This document shows positions 23,953 through 32,000 of a stretch of DNA of 32,000 bases, in pieces. Each line of letters begins with the position of its first letter. The stretch's first letter is position 1. The stretch is from Candidatus Brocadia sp. Lineage in GTDB: Bacteria; Planctomycetota; Brocadiia; Brocadiales; Brocadiaceae. The notes under the pieces were generated by a model. That model was not told the origin of the DNA. It worked only from the letters and a program-made list of their open reading frames with translations, and did no database searches. The DNA lies in contig CP091279.1 in NCBI GenBank assembly GCA_021650915.1, forward strand, positions 1,530,001 to 1,562,000. Direction: 5' to 3'. A program made the position numbers and the translations under genes.

Positions 23953-25599
23953 ATGAAAAAGATTATAAGACTCAGATACCTATTTTTGTTGCTGGTCATT
24001 TTTCATACCGTAATTTCTTCCGTGGTGAAGGCGACCGACTACTATATCAGTCCCCATGGAGACAATATGAATACCGGCACGTCGCCTGAAAACTCCTGGC
24101 AGACTATTTCGAGAGTAAATGCGGCTACCTTCAGCCCCGGCGATCGCCTCTATTTTGAAGGGGGTTATCGTCACTATGGGAGTCTCTATTTTGACTACTC
24201 GGATAGTGGCACTGCCACGAACCCTGTTACGGTCAGCTCCTATGGTACAGGACGTGCCACAATTGACGCCGGTACAGAAAACGGTCTTTATGCATATAAT
24301 TGCGCCGGTATTGATATCCGGAACATTAATTTCTCAGGTTCTGGCCCAACCACGAACACAGGATCTGGTATTTTCTTTTATATGGATTTGGGCGGGGCCG
24401 TAAAACTCAGACGCATCTACATCAACCGGGTTGATGTCTCAGGGTTTGGAGAACAGGGCATTTCCATCGGGTCCTGGCATGTAAGCAGGAGCGGTTTCCG
24501 TAATGTGAGAATAACCCGCACACGGGTCTTCAACAACCAGCTAAACGGCCTTAATATCTGGGGCTACAGTCCCTCTACCACCGCATGGTCTCATCAACGC
24601 GTTTATGTAAGCAACTGTAAGTTTTTTGACAATTCCGGAGACCCCGATAAACGTGACACACACTCCGGAAGCGGGGCAATGATTGGAAATAGCAACGGTG
24701 TACGGATTCAATACTGTGAAGCCTACAACAACGGATGGCTCTGCAATTATCCGGGTGGCGGACCGGTTGGGATTTGGGTGTGGGATTCCAACAACGCCGT
24801 CATCCAGTGCAATGAATCTCACCACAACTTGACCGGGAGCGCTTCAGTCGATGGCGGGGGCTTCGATCTGGATGGCGGCGTCAGGAATTCTGTAATGCAA
24901 TACAACTATTCACATGACAACGATGGCAGCGGCTTTCTTGCGGCACAATATCCCGGGGCGGCGCCCTTCTTCAACAATACCATCCGGTACAACATCAGTC
25001 AGAACGATGGGAGAGAACACGGCCACGCCGGCATCAAGGTATGGAACGGCGGAAACGGTATCGACAATCTTCAAATCTACAACAATACCGTTTACCTGCG
25101 TCCCGCTGCCACCGGCTCACCATCGGCAGTAGGAATCTTATACAATGTGAGCAAGGTAAACTTCTGTAATAATACTTTTGTAACCACGGGTAGAGTTCGT
25201 CTCATCAACGCGCGTCAGGCCAGTGGCTTCTCATTCAGGGGAAATAATTACTATGCGGAAGATGGTCGGTTCAGGATAACCTGGGGGTCTGCCAACCATA
25301 CTACTTTATCCGATTGGCGTGATGGTACGGGGCAGGAAACGTTGTCAGGAGTTCCTGTCGGCAGCAATGTCGATCCCCTTTTTGTGAATGCCGGAGGAGG
25401 GGGAACGATCGGAAACCTCCGTCATTTGAATACCCTTACCGCTTATCAACTGCAATCATCCTCCCCGCTCATACAGGCAGGGCTTGACCTTTTTTCTCTC
25501 CTTGGAATTAACCAGGGAAGCCGCGATTTTTATGGAAATATGACTCCCCAGGGGGAAGGATTTGACGTCGGAGCACATGAATTTAATTCCTCATTTTAA
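23953..25599 (+). CDS. Secreted right-handed parallel beta-helix repeat protein (pectate-lyase fold)
   Basis: I set the start at ATG 23953 (MKKIIRLRYLFLLLVIFHTVISSVVKA, a signal peptide). The mature start YYISPHGDNMNTGTSPENSWQTI is typical of this family. Repeated N/G-rich turns appear (NNxxxGxxI, HDNDGSGF, ISQNDG). The track's 82-aa extension is unsupported. Confidence 0.85.
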   Translation: MKKIIRLRYLFLLLVIFHTVISSVVKATDYYISPHGDNMNTGTSPENSWQTISRVNAATFSPGDRLYFEGGYRHYGSLYFDYSDSGTATNPVTVSSYGTGRATIDAGTENGLYAYNCAGIDIRNINFSGSGPTTNTGSGIFFYMDLGGAVKLRRIYINRVDVSGFGEQGISIGSWHVSRSGFRNVRITRTRVFNNQLNGLNIWGYSPSTTAWSHQRVYVSNCKFFDNSGDPDKRDTHSGSGAMIGNSNGVRIQYCEAYNNGWLCNYPGGGPVGIWVWDSNNAVIQCNESHHNLTGSASVDGGGFDLDGGVRNSVMQYNYSHDNDGSGFLAAQYPGAAPFFNNTIRYNISQNDGREHGHAGIKVWNGGNGIDNLQIYNNTVYLRPAATGSPSAVGILYNVSKVNFCNNTFVTTGRVRLINARQASGFSFRGNNYYAEDGRFRITWGSANHTTLSDWRDGTGQETLSGVPVGSNVDPLFVNAGGGGTIGNLRHLNTLTAYQLQSSSPLIQAGLDLFSLLGINQGSRDFYGNMTPQGEGFDVGAHEFNSSF

Positions 25600-25726
25600 A
25601 GAGGGTGCGGCCAGGACATTCGTTACAGAATACGGCTTACTATCGTTTACCGACTCAATATGTGTACTGTCCGCAATTGCACCAATATCGTCCGATCCCT
25701 CAGGAAAGCACTCACCGCCCGTAGCT

Positions 25727-25993
25727 CTTTGGGAGTAACTATGCAGCGTACTTTTGCCCACAATTACTACGGGTAAACAAAATAGTGATTACAGAATCCC
25801 GAAGGGATGTCATGATTATAGCATGTTGTTATGCAAGTATGATGAACCCTGTATAGGGGTGACGTGGTATCATTTTTTTCCCGATATTTCACCCCTACGG
25901 GGTTAAATATGGGGGTGTGCTTTTTTCTATAATCATGTCATCCCTTCGGGATTTTTCGGTCTTGCAGTTTTCGCTGAATAGTTACCTTTGGGA
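25727..25993. mobile_element. MITE-like non-autonomous element (251 bp, 25735-25985) with 8-bp target-site duplication
   Basis: Direct repeat CTTTGGGA occurs at 25727-25734 and 25986-25993. Terminal inverted repeats are GTAACTATGCAGCG (25735-25748) and the complement of CGCTGAATAGTTAC (25972-25985), matching 13 of 14. The interior holds nested inverted repeats: 25795-25821 with 25927-25953 (26 of 27), and 25845-25862 with 25889-25904. There is no ORF. Confidence 0.6.
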
Positions 25994-26183
25994 CAAATAT
26001 ATACTCTAAGGGTTCATAAACAATAATTTCTAACGTTTTGCATAACTTTTGTTCACATAAATGGTTAAAGTGTTTCAAAAATCACATTTTGTGAACTCCC
26101 CGAGTATATCCCTCTGGTAGTATCTCTGATCGTAAAGTATGGGCGTAGTAACATCTTTCTTTAGCTTATCCATGAAAAAATAT

Positions 26184-29100
26184 TTATGAACCGTAGTATT
26201 CCTGGATGGGTTTAACGTCGAGGCTGCCATCTTTCATGGCCTCTATGGCCTTTGCAGCCGCAATGGCACCGGCAAGGGTTGTATAATAGGGAACACGGTG
26301 AACAAGCGCCGTGCGCCGTATGGAATACGAGGCCTCCTGGGCGATCTTGCCTTCCGTGGTATTGATAACAAGCTGGATTTCATTGCTTTTGATATGATCA
26401 ACGATATTAGGACGTCCTTCAATCACTTTTAATACCGGGGTGACAGGGATGTTGTTTTCACTGAGCACACGCGCTGTACCCTCGGTAGCAACAAGCTTAA
26501 AACCCATATGAGAAAGTTTTTTCGCAATGGGAATGATAGCCGTTTTATCCCTGTTCCTCACACTCAGGAAAACCGTGCCATTCAGAGGAAGACTGCTATC
26601 AGCAGCCATTTGGGATTTTGCATAGGCACGGCCAAAGTCCTTATCAATCCCCATAACCTCACCCGTCGATTTCATTTCCGGACCCAGGATGGTGTCCACC
26701 CCCTTGAACTTGATAAAAGGAAATACGGCTTCTTTTACGGCAATGTGTTTCAGGGTCACGCCCGCGGAGACGTTCAAATCGCAGAGTTTCTTTCCCATAA
26801 TTACCTTCGTTGCAATCTTTGCCAGAGGAACGCCGATGGCCTTGCTCACGAAGGGCACGGTTCTTGATGCGCGGGGATTGACCTCCAGCACATACACGAC
26901 CGTGTCTTTAATTGCATATTGTATGTTGATGAGACCAATTACGTTCAGCGCCAGAGCGATGACGCGCGTCTGCTTTTTTAATTCATGGATAATGCCAGCG
27001 CTGATAGAATAGGGTGGAAGCGAACAGGCGCTGTCTCCAGAATGAATACCGGCTTCCTCTATGTGTTCCATGATGCCGCCAATCAGCACTTCGTTCCCGT
27101 CACAAATTGCGTCGACATCGATTTCGATCGCATCTTCCAAAAACCGGTCAATTAAAACGGGGTGCTCCGGCGATACATGCACCGCATGGGTAATATACTC
27201 CTCTACACCGGCTTCATCATAAACAATCCGCATCGCCCTGCCCCCCAGCACATAGGAAGGACGCAGGAGCACCGGATAACCGATCTTACCGGCAATACCT
27301 TTTGCCTCAGCGGCAGAACGGGCGCATCCGTTATCGGGTTGCCGTAACTGTAACCGGTTCAGCAGGGCCGCAAACCGCTCCCGGTCTTCTGCAATATCAA
27401 TGCTCTCCGGAGAAGTCCCCAGGATTTTTACCCCTTCTTTTTCCAAAGGGATGGCCAATTTTAAAGGCGTTTGTCCGCCAAATTGAACAATAACCCCTTC
27501 GGGTTTTTCCTGTCTCACGATTTCAAGGACGTCTTCCAGGGTAAGCGGTTCAAAATAGAGACGGTCAGAGGTATCGTAATCCGTACTCACCGTCTCCGGG
27601 TTGCAATTTACCATGATGGTTTCGTAACCCAGTTCTTTTAACGCAAAGACTCCGTGGACGCAGCAGTAATCGAACTCGATACCCTGTCCGATGCGATTAG
27701 GGCCGCTTCCGAGGATAAGAACCTTTTTCTTCGCGGTCGATTCCGCTTCACAAGAACCTTCATATGTGGAGTACAAATACGGGGTGAAGGCCTTAAACTC
27801 GGCGGCGCAGGTATCCACATGCTTGAAAACAGGTCTTATATCATGGATATGACGATAGGTCCGCACCGTCTTCTCACCAACGCCACAGAGCAATGCAAGA
27901 TATTTATCTGAATAGCCATATTGCTTGGCCACGGCCAGTGCCTCCTTATCCATATGAAACCCCTTCTCACCCTGAGAAGCAGGGGTGTGTGGACGTTCGC
28001 CCCTACCGGACGAACATTTCAACCTTATTTCATCCTCCCTATCCAGCACCAGCTTTATATTGTGGAGAAACCATCGGTCGATGCGAGTCCATTTAAATAT
28101 TTCATCCAGTTCCATGCCAGCCCGTATAGCATCAGCAATATGCCAGAGTCTGTCGGGATTTGGAGTTATGAGCTTTGTTCTTAAGAACTCGTATTTCTGT
28201 TCGGCGGGCCACTTATCGCTTCCTGCGGGCCACAAGGACTCAAATCCGCACCGTCCTGACTCCATAGAACGGATAGCCTTTCCCAGGGCCTCTTTGAAGG
28301 TGCGTCCGATGGCCATAACCTCCCCAACCGATTTCATGTGGATCGTCAGGGTTTGATCGGTATCAGGAAATTTTTCAAAATTGAATCGTGGTATCTTTAC
28401 GACACAATAATCGATGGTTGGCTCAAAGCAGGCTGGGGTGTAGCGGGTAATATCGTTCGGAATTTCGTCAAGGGTATAGCCAACGGCCAGCTTTGCAGCA
28501 ATCTTGGCAATGGGGAACCCCGTAGCCTTTGAGGCCAGGGCTGAACTCCTTGAAACCCTGGGGTTCATCTCTATCGCCAGCATCTCTCCATTTTCCGGGT
28601 TAACGGCGAACTGGATATTTGAACCGCCGGTTTCCACCCCAATCTCCCGGATAATCTTTATTGCCGCATCCCGCATTATTTGGTATTCAACATCCGTAAG
28701 GGTCTGTGCAGGGGCAACCGTTATACTATCGCCGGTATGCACGCCCATGGGATCAAAATTTTCAATGGAACAGATGATAACCACGTTGTCTTTCAGGTCG
28801 CGCATCACCTCAAGTTCATATTCCTTCCAGCCCAGCACGGAGCGCTCCACCAGCACCTCATGGACAGGGCTGGTTTCCAGGGCCACCCTGATAAATTCCC
28901 GGTATTCTTCGATATTGTATGCCGCATTGCCACCGGTGCCCGCCAGGGTGAAAGAAGGTCTGATGATGGCGGGGAAACCTATCGTTTCTATGATCTTCAT
29001 TGCCTCATCGTACGAACGCACATAAGCGCTTTCAGGAACCGCAATGCCAATCTGTTTCATCGCAGACTTAAAGAGCGACCGGTCCTCAGCCTTCTTGATA

Positions 29101-29465
29101 GCATTCAGTTTGGCGCCAATTAACTCTACCTGGTATTCATCCAGGATCCCTTTTTCTGCAAGACTCACGGCGGTATTTAAGCCGGTCTGCCCGCCCAGGG
29201 TCGGGAGTATTGCCTGCGGGCGTTCCTTTGCAATGATCTTTGCCACCATTTCCGTCGTTATCGGTTCGATGTACGTCTTATCGGCAATTTCCGGGTCTGT
29301 CATAATGGTAGCGGGATTGCTGTTCACCAAAACAACCTCGTACCCCTCTTCCCGGAGCGCCTTACAGGCCTGGGTGCCGGAATAATCGAATTCGCAGGCC
29401 TGGCCAATGACAATCGGGCCGGAGCCAATAATCATAATCTTTTGGATATCGTTTCTCTTGGGCAT
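26184..29465 (-). CDS. carB: Carbamoyl-phosphate synthase large subunit
   Basis: 1093 aa with duplicated ATP-grasp halves ([30 protein letters not shown].. and ..[20 protein letters not shown]..) and a C-terminal MGS-like domain. Confidence 0.99.
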   Translation of the reverse strand: MPKRNDIQKIMIIGSGPIVIGQACEFDYSGTQACKALREEGYEVVLVNSNPATIMTDPEIADKTYIEPITTEMVAKIIAKERPQAILPTLGGQTGLNTAVSLAEKGILDEYQVELIGAKLNAIKKAEDRSLFKSAMKQIGIAVPESAYVRSYDEAMKIIETIGFPAIIRPSFTLAGTGGNAAYNIEEYREFIRVALETSPVHEVLVERSVLGWKEYELEVMRDLKDNVVIICSIENFDPMGVHTGDSITVAPAQTLTDVEYQIMRDAAIKIIREIGVETGGSNIQFAVNPENGEMLAIEMNPRVSRSSALASKATGFPIAKIAAKLAVGYTLDEIPNDITRYTPACFEPTIDYCVVKIPRFNFEKFPDTDQTLTIHMKSVGEVMAIGRTFKEALGKAIRSMESGRCGFESLWPAGSDKWPAEQKYEFLRTKLITPNPDRLWHIADAIRAGMELDEIFKWTRIDRWFLHNIKLVLDREDEIRLKCSSGRGERPHTPASQGEKGFHMDKEALAVAKQYGYSDKYLALLCGVGEKTVRTYRHIHDIRPVFKHVDTCAAEFKAFTPYLYSTYEGSCEAESTAKKKVLILGSGPNRIGQGIEFDYCCVHGVFALKELGYETIMVNCNPETVSTDYDTSDRLYFEPLTLEDVLEIVRQEKPEGVIVQFGGQTPLKLAIPLEKEGVKILGTSPESIDIAEDRERFAALLNRLQLRQPDNGCARSAAEAKGIAGKIGYPVLLRPSYVLGGRAMRIVYDEAGVEEYITHAVHVSPEHPVLIDRFLEDAIEIDVDAICDGNEVLIGGIMEHIEEAGIHSGDSACSLPPYSISAGIIHELKKQTRVIALALNVIGLINIQYAIKDTVVYVLEVNPRASRTVPFVSKAIGVPLAKIATKVIMGKKLCDLNVSAGVTLKHIAVKEAVFPFIKFKGVDTILGPEMKSTGEVMGIDKDFGRAYAKSQMAADSSLPLNGTVFLSVRNRDKTAIIPIAKKLSHMGFKLVATEGTARVLSENNIPVTPVLKVIEGRPNIVDHIKSNEIQLVINTTEGKIAQEASYSIRRTALVHRVPYYTTLAGAIAAAKAIEAMKDGSLDVKPIQEYYGS

Positions 29466-29515
29466 GTATGTTTCTTAGATTAATTGGGTTAGTTGAGCTA
29501 GTTGGGTTTCTTGAG

Positions 29516-29914
29516 TTAGTTGGGTTTTCTGGATTTTTTATATCGTTTTTCGTTATCGAGTAAATACGTTATAAAACCGCTATTCAGTTTTGATACCTTT
29601 TCCGCCTGATTGTAAATTTTTTCGAAAATCTCCTGAGAAATGTATTTTTGATCTGATGCAACATACGTCTCACTTTGCACTTCAGTAGCTGAACTTTTAG
29701 AGATAAAGAGATATTGAATAAACTCTTTATTTGATCGCCGGGAGAACCCCTCGGCGATATTACTCATGGAAGAGATTGCAGCTCCCGTTATCTGACCACT
29801 TAACCTGAAATCTTTTTGAAAGCTGGGGCTGTTTCTTATTGCCGCATAAACGGTATTCACGGGTACTCTTGCCTCCTGCCAGCACAGAAGGTCTTCAAAT
29901 TTTGTAATTTTCAT
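29516..29914 (-). CDS. Four-helix-bundle protein (23S rRNA intervening-sequence protein / Avd-like family)
   Basis: FEDLLCWQEA.., ..SNIAEGFSRRSNKEFIQYL..S..E.. and the 132-aa size are characteristic of this family. The gene is visibly more A/T-rich than the flanking carA and carB. Confidence 0.88.
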   Translation of the reverse strand: MKITKFEDLLCWQEARVPVNTVYAAIRNSPSFQKDFRLSGQITGAAISSMSNIAEGFSRRSNKEFIQYLFISKSSATEVQSETYVASDQKYISQEIFEKIYNQAEKVSKLNSGFITYLLDNEKRYKKSRKPN

Positions 29915-29952
29915 AACTCAACAAACTCTACTAACACGAGAAACGCGACAAC

Positions 29953-31086
29953 TCAAGAACTTTGACATTTCATCATCTCAATAAATCTCTCGAACAGATA
30001 ACCCGCATCGTGCGGACCCGGCGATGCCTCAGGATGGTATTGAACGGAAAAGGCTGGTATTGAGTGACATTTCAGTCCCTCTACCGATTTATCATTGAGA
30101 TTGATATGGGTAATTTCCACGTTTCCATACGGGCTTTTATGCACGGCACCTTGCTGCGGCGGTGTTACGGCAAAGCTGTGATTCTGCGCCGTAATTTCCA
30201 CTTTTCTGGTGGACAAATCCATAACAGGCTGATTGCCCCCATGATGTCCGAACTTCAGCTTGTAGGTCTTCAACCCCAGGGTCAGCGCCAGTAACTGATG
30301 ACCAAGGCATATCCCAAATACCGGCTTTTTCCCCAGAAAACCTTTTATATTCTCTGTCATGTAAGGAACGGCCGCGGGATCACCAGGACCATTGGAAAGC
30401 ACAATACCATCAGGCTTCATATCCAAAACGGCCTGGGACCTGGTTGTGGCAGGGACTACCGTCACCGAGCAACCCGTACTGCTGAGCTTCCTGAGAATGT
30501 TATATTTTACGCCACAATCATAGACGACCACGTTGAATCTTTTCGGTTTTCCCGAATGTGTCTCGGAATCCTTCCATTCAAACACCTCATTGCAGGTGAC
30601 TGTCTTTACCAGGTCTATCCCGTCCAATCCTGCCGACGATTGTACTTTTTTCATGAGTCGCAAAACGTCCAAATCTTCGGTGGAGATAATACCCTGCTGT
30701 GTGCCGAAATCCCGTAATCGCCGTGTCAGTTCCCGGGTATCAATTCCCTGGATACCCACGATCTTTTTGCCCTTCAGAAATGCATCCAGGCTCACCTGTG
30801 AACGCCAGTTGCTGGGGAAAGGGCTGTATTCTTTAACAATAAAACCCTCTAAAAAGAGGTTACGGGATTCATAATCTTTTTCATTAATCCCATAATTGCC
30901 AATCAGGGGATAGGTCATGACCACCATTTGACCTTTATAGGATGGGTCGGTAAGGATTTCCTGATATCCCATCATGCTCGTGTTAAAAACAACCTCACCG
31001 ATCGTTTCGCCAGGGGCGCCAAGGGAGTATCCTGGAAAACTGGTTCCATCTGCCAGGACAAGTATTGCCCGGTTTTTTTTATCCAT
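29953..31086 (-). CDS. carA: Carbamoyl-phosphate synthase small (glutamine amidotransferase) subunit
   Basis: N-terminal ..[16 protein letters not shown].., the GATase triad region GICLGHQLL, and ..[13 protein letters not shown].. Confidence 0.98.
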   Translation of the reverse strand: MDKKNRAILVLADGTSFPGYSLGAPGETIGEVVFNTSMMGYQEILTDPSYKGQMVVMTYPLIGNYGINEKDYESRNLFLEGFIVKEYSPFPSNWRSQVSLDAFLKGKKIVGIQGIDTRELTRRLRDFGTQQGIISTEDLDVLRLMKKVQSSAGLDGIDLVKTVTCNEVFEWKDSETHSGKPKRFNVVVYDCGVKYNILRKLSSTGCSVTVVPATTRSQAVLDMKPDGIVLSNGPGDPAAVPYMTENIKGFLGKKPVFGICLGHQLLALTLGLKTYKLKFGHHGGNQPVMDLSTRKVEITAQNHSFAVTPPQQGAVHKSPYGNVEITHINLNDKSVEGLKCHSIPAFSVQYHPEASPGPHDAGYLFERFIEMMKCQSS

Positions 31087-31281
31087 AAACCGTTTCAGAG
31101 ATCAGAGGAAATTAATGAATAATCGCTACTACACATTACACAGGCGGACGAAGAAAGCCATACGCCGGTGTTTCACATCGTCCTTTTGTCCTGCATGCCA
31201 AACCAAAGACGATAAATCGTACACAGAAACGTTGAGCGTGTCAAGTCAAAGTTGCTCGTCCGCGTCAAAGTTGTTTTTCGC

Positions 31282-31309
31282 TTGACTCTGGCAATACCTC
31301 TGCTATATT
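31282..31309 (+). promoter_or_regulatory. Candidate promoter for the epimerase gene
   Basis: TTGACT (31282-31287), a 16-nt spacer, then TATATT (31304-31309), 62 nt before ATG 31371. The same bases also read as a weak sigma-54 -24/-12 element (CTGGCAA-N5-CTGCT), so the sigma factor is ambiguous. Confidence 0.4.
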
Positions 31310-31370
31310 ACTTTCTCAAATACCATTGAACGAAACGATCTCCTGACTCTTTGAAAGGACAATTATTTTC

Positions 31371-32000
31371 ATGGCAATCCTCGTTACGGGTGGCGCTGGT
31401 TTTATAGGTTCACATCTGGTGGAAAGATTGTTATCTGCCGGAGAACAGGTAGTTGTCATCGATAATTTTAACGATTTCTATCCGCCGGCGTATAAGAAGG
31501 AAAATATTTCCGGCGTTCTCGGCAATCCACATTTAGCATTGTATGAGACTGATATTGGTAATACGGCTTCATGCCGGGAGATATTTGAAAAACACGGGAT
31601 AGAAAAAATCGTTCATTTGGCGGCATATGCGGGTGTAAGACCGTCCATTGAACGCCCTTTGCTCTACGAAGAAGTTAATGGTAGAGGGACCTTAAACCTG
31701 CTCGAACTTTCCCGGATTTATAAGGTTAAACAATTTATCTTTGGTTCGTCTTCCTCGGTTTACGGAAACAATAAAAAGATCCCCTTTTCTGAAGATGACC
31801 CGGTAAACGAGCCGATATCCCCCTATGCAGCGACCAAACGGGCTGGAGAGCTTTACTGTTATAACTACCATCACCTCTACAAGGTGCCGGTGACCTGCCT
31901 TCGTTTTTTTACGGTATACGGCCCGCGGCAGCGGCCAGACCTTGCTATCCGCAAATTTACTGAACTTATTGACCATGACCAGCAGATCCCCATGTATGGC
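31371..32000 (+). CDS. NAD-dependent sugar-nucleotide epimerase (UDP-glucuronate 4-epimerase-like). The 3' end runs off the window and it is absent from the ORF track.
   Basis: Manual translation reads MAILVTGGAGFIGSHLVERLL (Rossmann GxxGxxG), ..SSSSVYG.. and SPYAATKRAGE (YxxxK), then RFFTVYGPRQRPDLAI. The frame is open to position 32000. Confidence 0.9.
   Translation, partial: MAILVTGGAGFIGSHLVERLLSAGEQVVVIDNFNDFYPPAYKKENISGVLGNPHLALYETDIGNTASCREIFEKHGIEKIVHLAAYAGVRPSIERPLLYEEVNGRGTLNLLELSRIYKVKQFIFGSSSSVYGNNKKIPFSEDDPVNEPISPYAATKRAGELYCYNYHHLYKVPVTCLRFFTVYGPRQRPDLAIRKFTELIDHDQQIPMYG

Noticed and set aside
26073-26173. 32-aa - strand ORF (MDKLKKDVTTPILYDQRYYQRDILGEFTKCDF) just downstream of carB.
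   Set aside because: It is too short, has no Shine-Dalgarno and has no recognisable family. It may be a gene fragment, but I cannot support that.
26508-29385. Many + strand ORFs of 60-173 aa inside carB (for example 28504-29025 and 28680-29123).
   Set aside because: They are antisense shadow ORFs within a 1093-aa gene whose identity is unambiguous. They have no Shine-Dalgarno or recognisable motifs. The same applies to antisense ORFs inside arsM, arsS, hemC, the coiled-coil gene, the HDH gene and carA.
29480-29530. Short tandem TTAGTTGGG-like repeats as a possible CRISPR or minisatellite array.
   Set aside because: Only three imperfect 9-11-nt units occur, with no spacers of regular length. 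They are better explained as part of the flanks of the inserted cassette.
29516-29914. The four-helix-bundle gene as the Avd component of a diversity-generating retroelement.
   Set aside because: There is no reverse transcriptase gene and no template/variable repeat pair within the window. The Avd relationship is only at family level.

Overview
This 32-kb chromosomal window most plausibly comes from an anammox planctomycete (Brocadiales-like). The main evidence is an octahaem HAO-family cytochrome c of the hydrazine dehydrogenase/HZO type (16121-17881, -). I support about 27 protein-coding genes. Housekeeping genes are clpX, hemC, nth, carA, carB, an aquaporin, a YfcE-type phosphoesterase, a nitroreductase, a HAD hydrolase and an NAD-dependent sugar epimerase. 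Two genes are truncated by the window edges and absent from the ORF track: a porin-like gene at 1-1147 (-) and the epimerase at 31371-32000 (+). Several track ORFs carry spurious N-terminal extensions, and I give shorter starts supported by a Shine-Dalgarno sequence or a signal peptide. The more unusual content is as follows. (i) A co-oriented minus-strand block holds two tandem 182-aa secreted paralogs of unknown family, then arsS (radical SAM) and arsM. Related GGACAAAC-N3-GTTTGTCC-type palindromes precede the transcription units. (ii) The HDH/HZO gene has two small upstream ORFs, a perfect 14-bp hairpin, and a convergent sigma-54 activator whose GAF domain carries a four-Cys insert. (iii) A decayed antitoxin/ParE-RelE module is split by an insertion that carries a dispersed palindromic repeat family also seen at 5440-5582. 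(iv) A 251-bp MITE-like element has 8-bp target-site duplications. (v) An A/T-rich four-helix-bundle (23S IVS / Avd-like) gene sits between carA and carB, bracketed by a perfect 10-bp inverted repeat. I found no rRNA, tRNA or CRISPR array. All family assignments come from motif recognition by eye; no searches were run.
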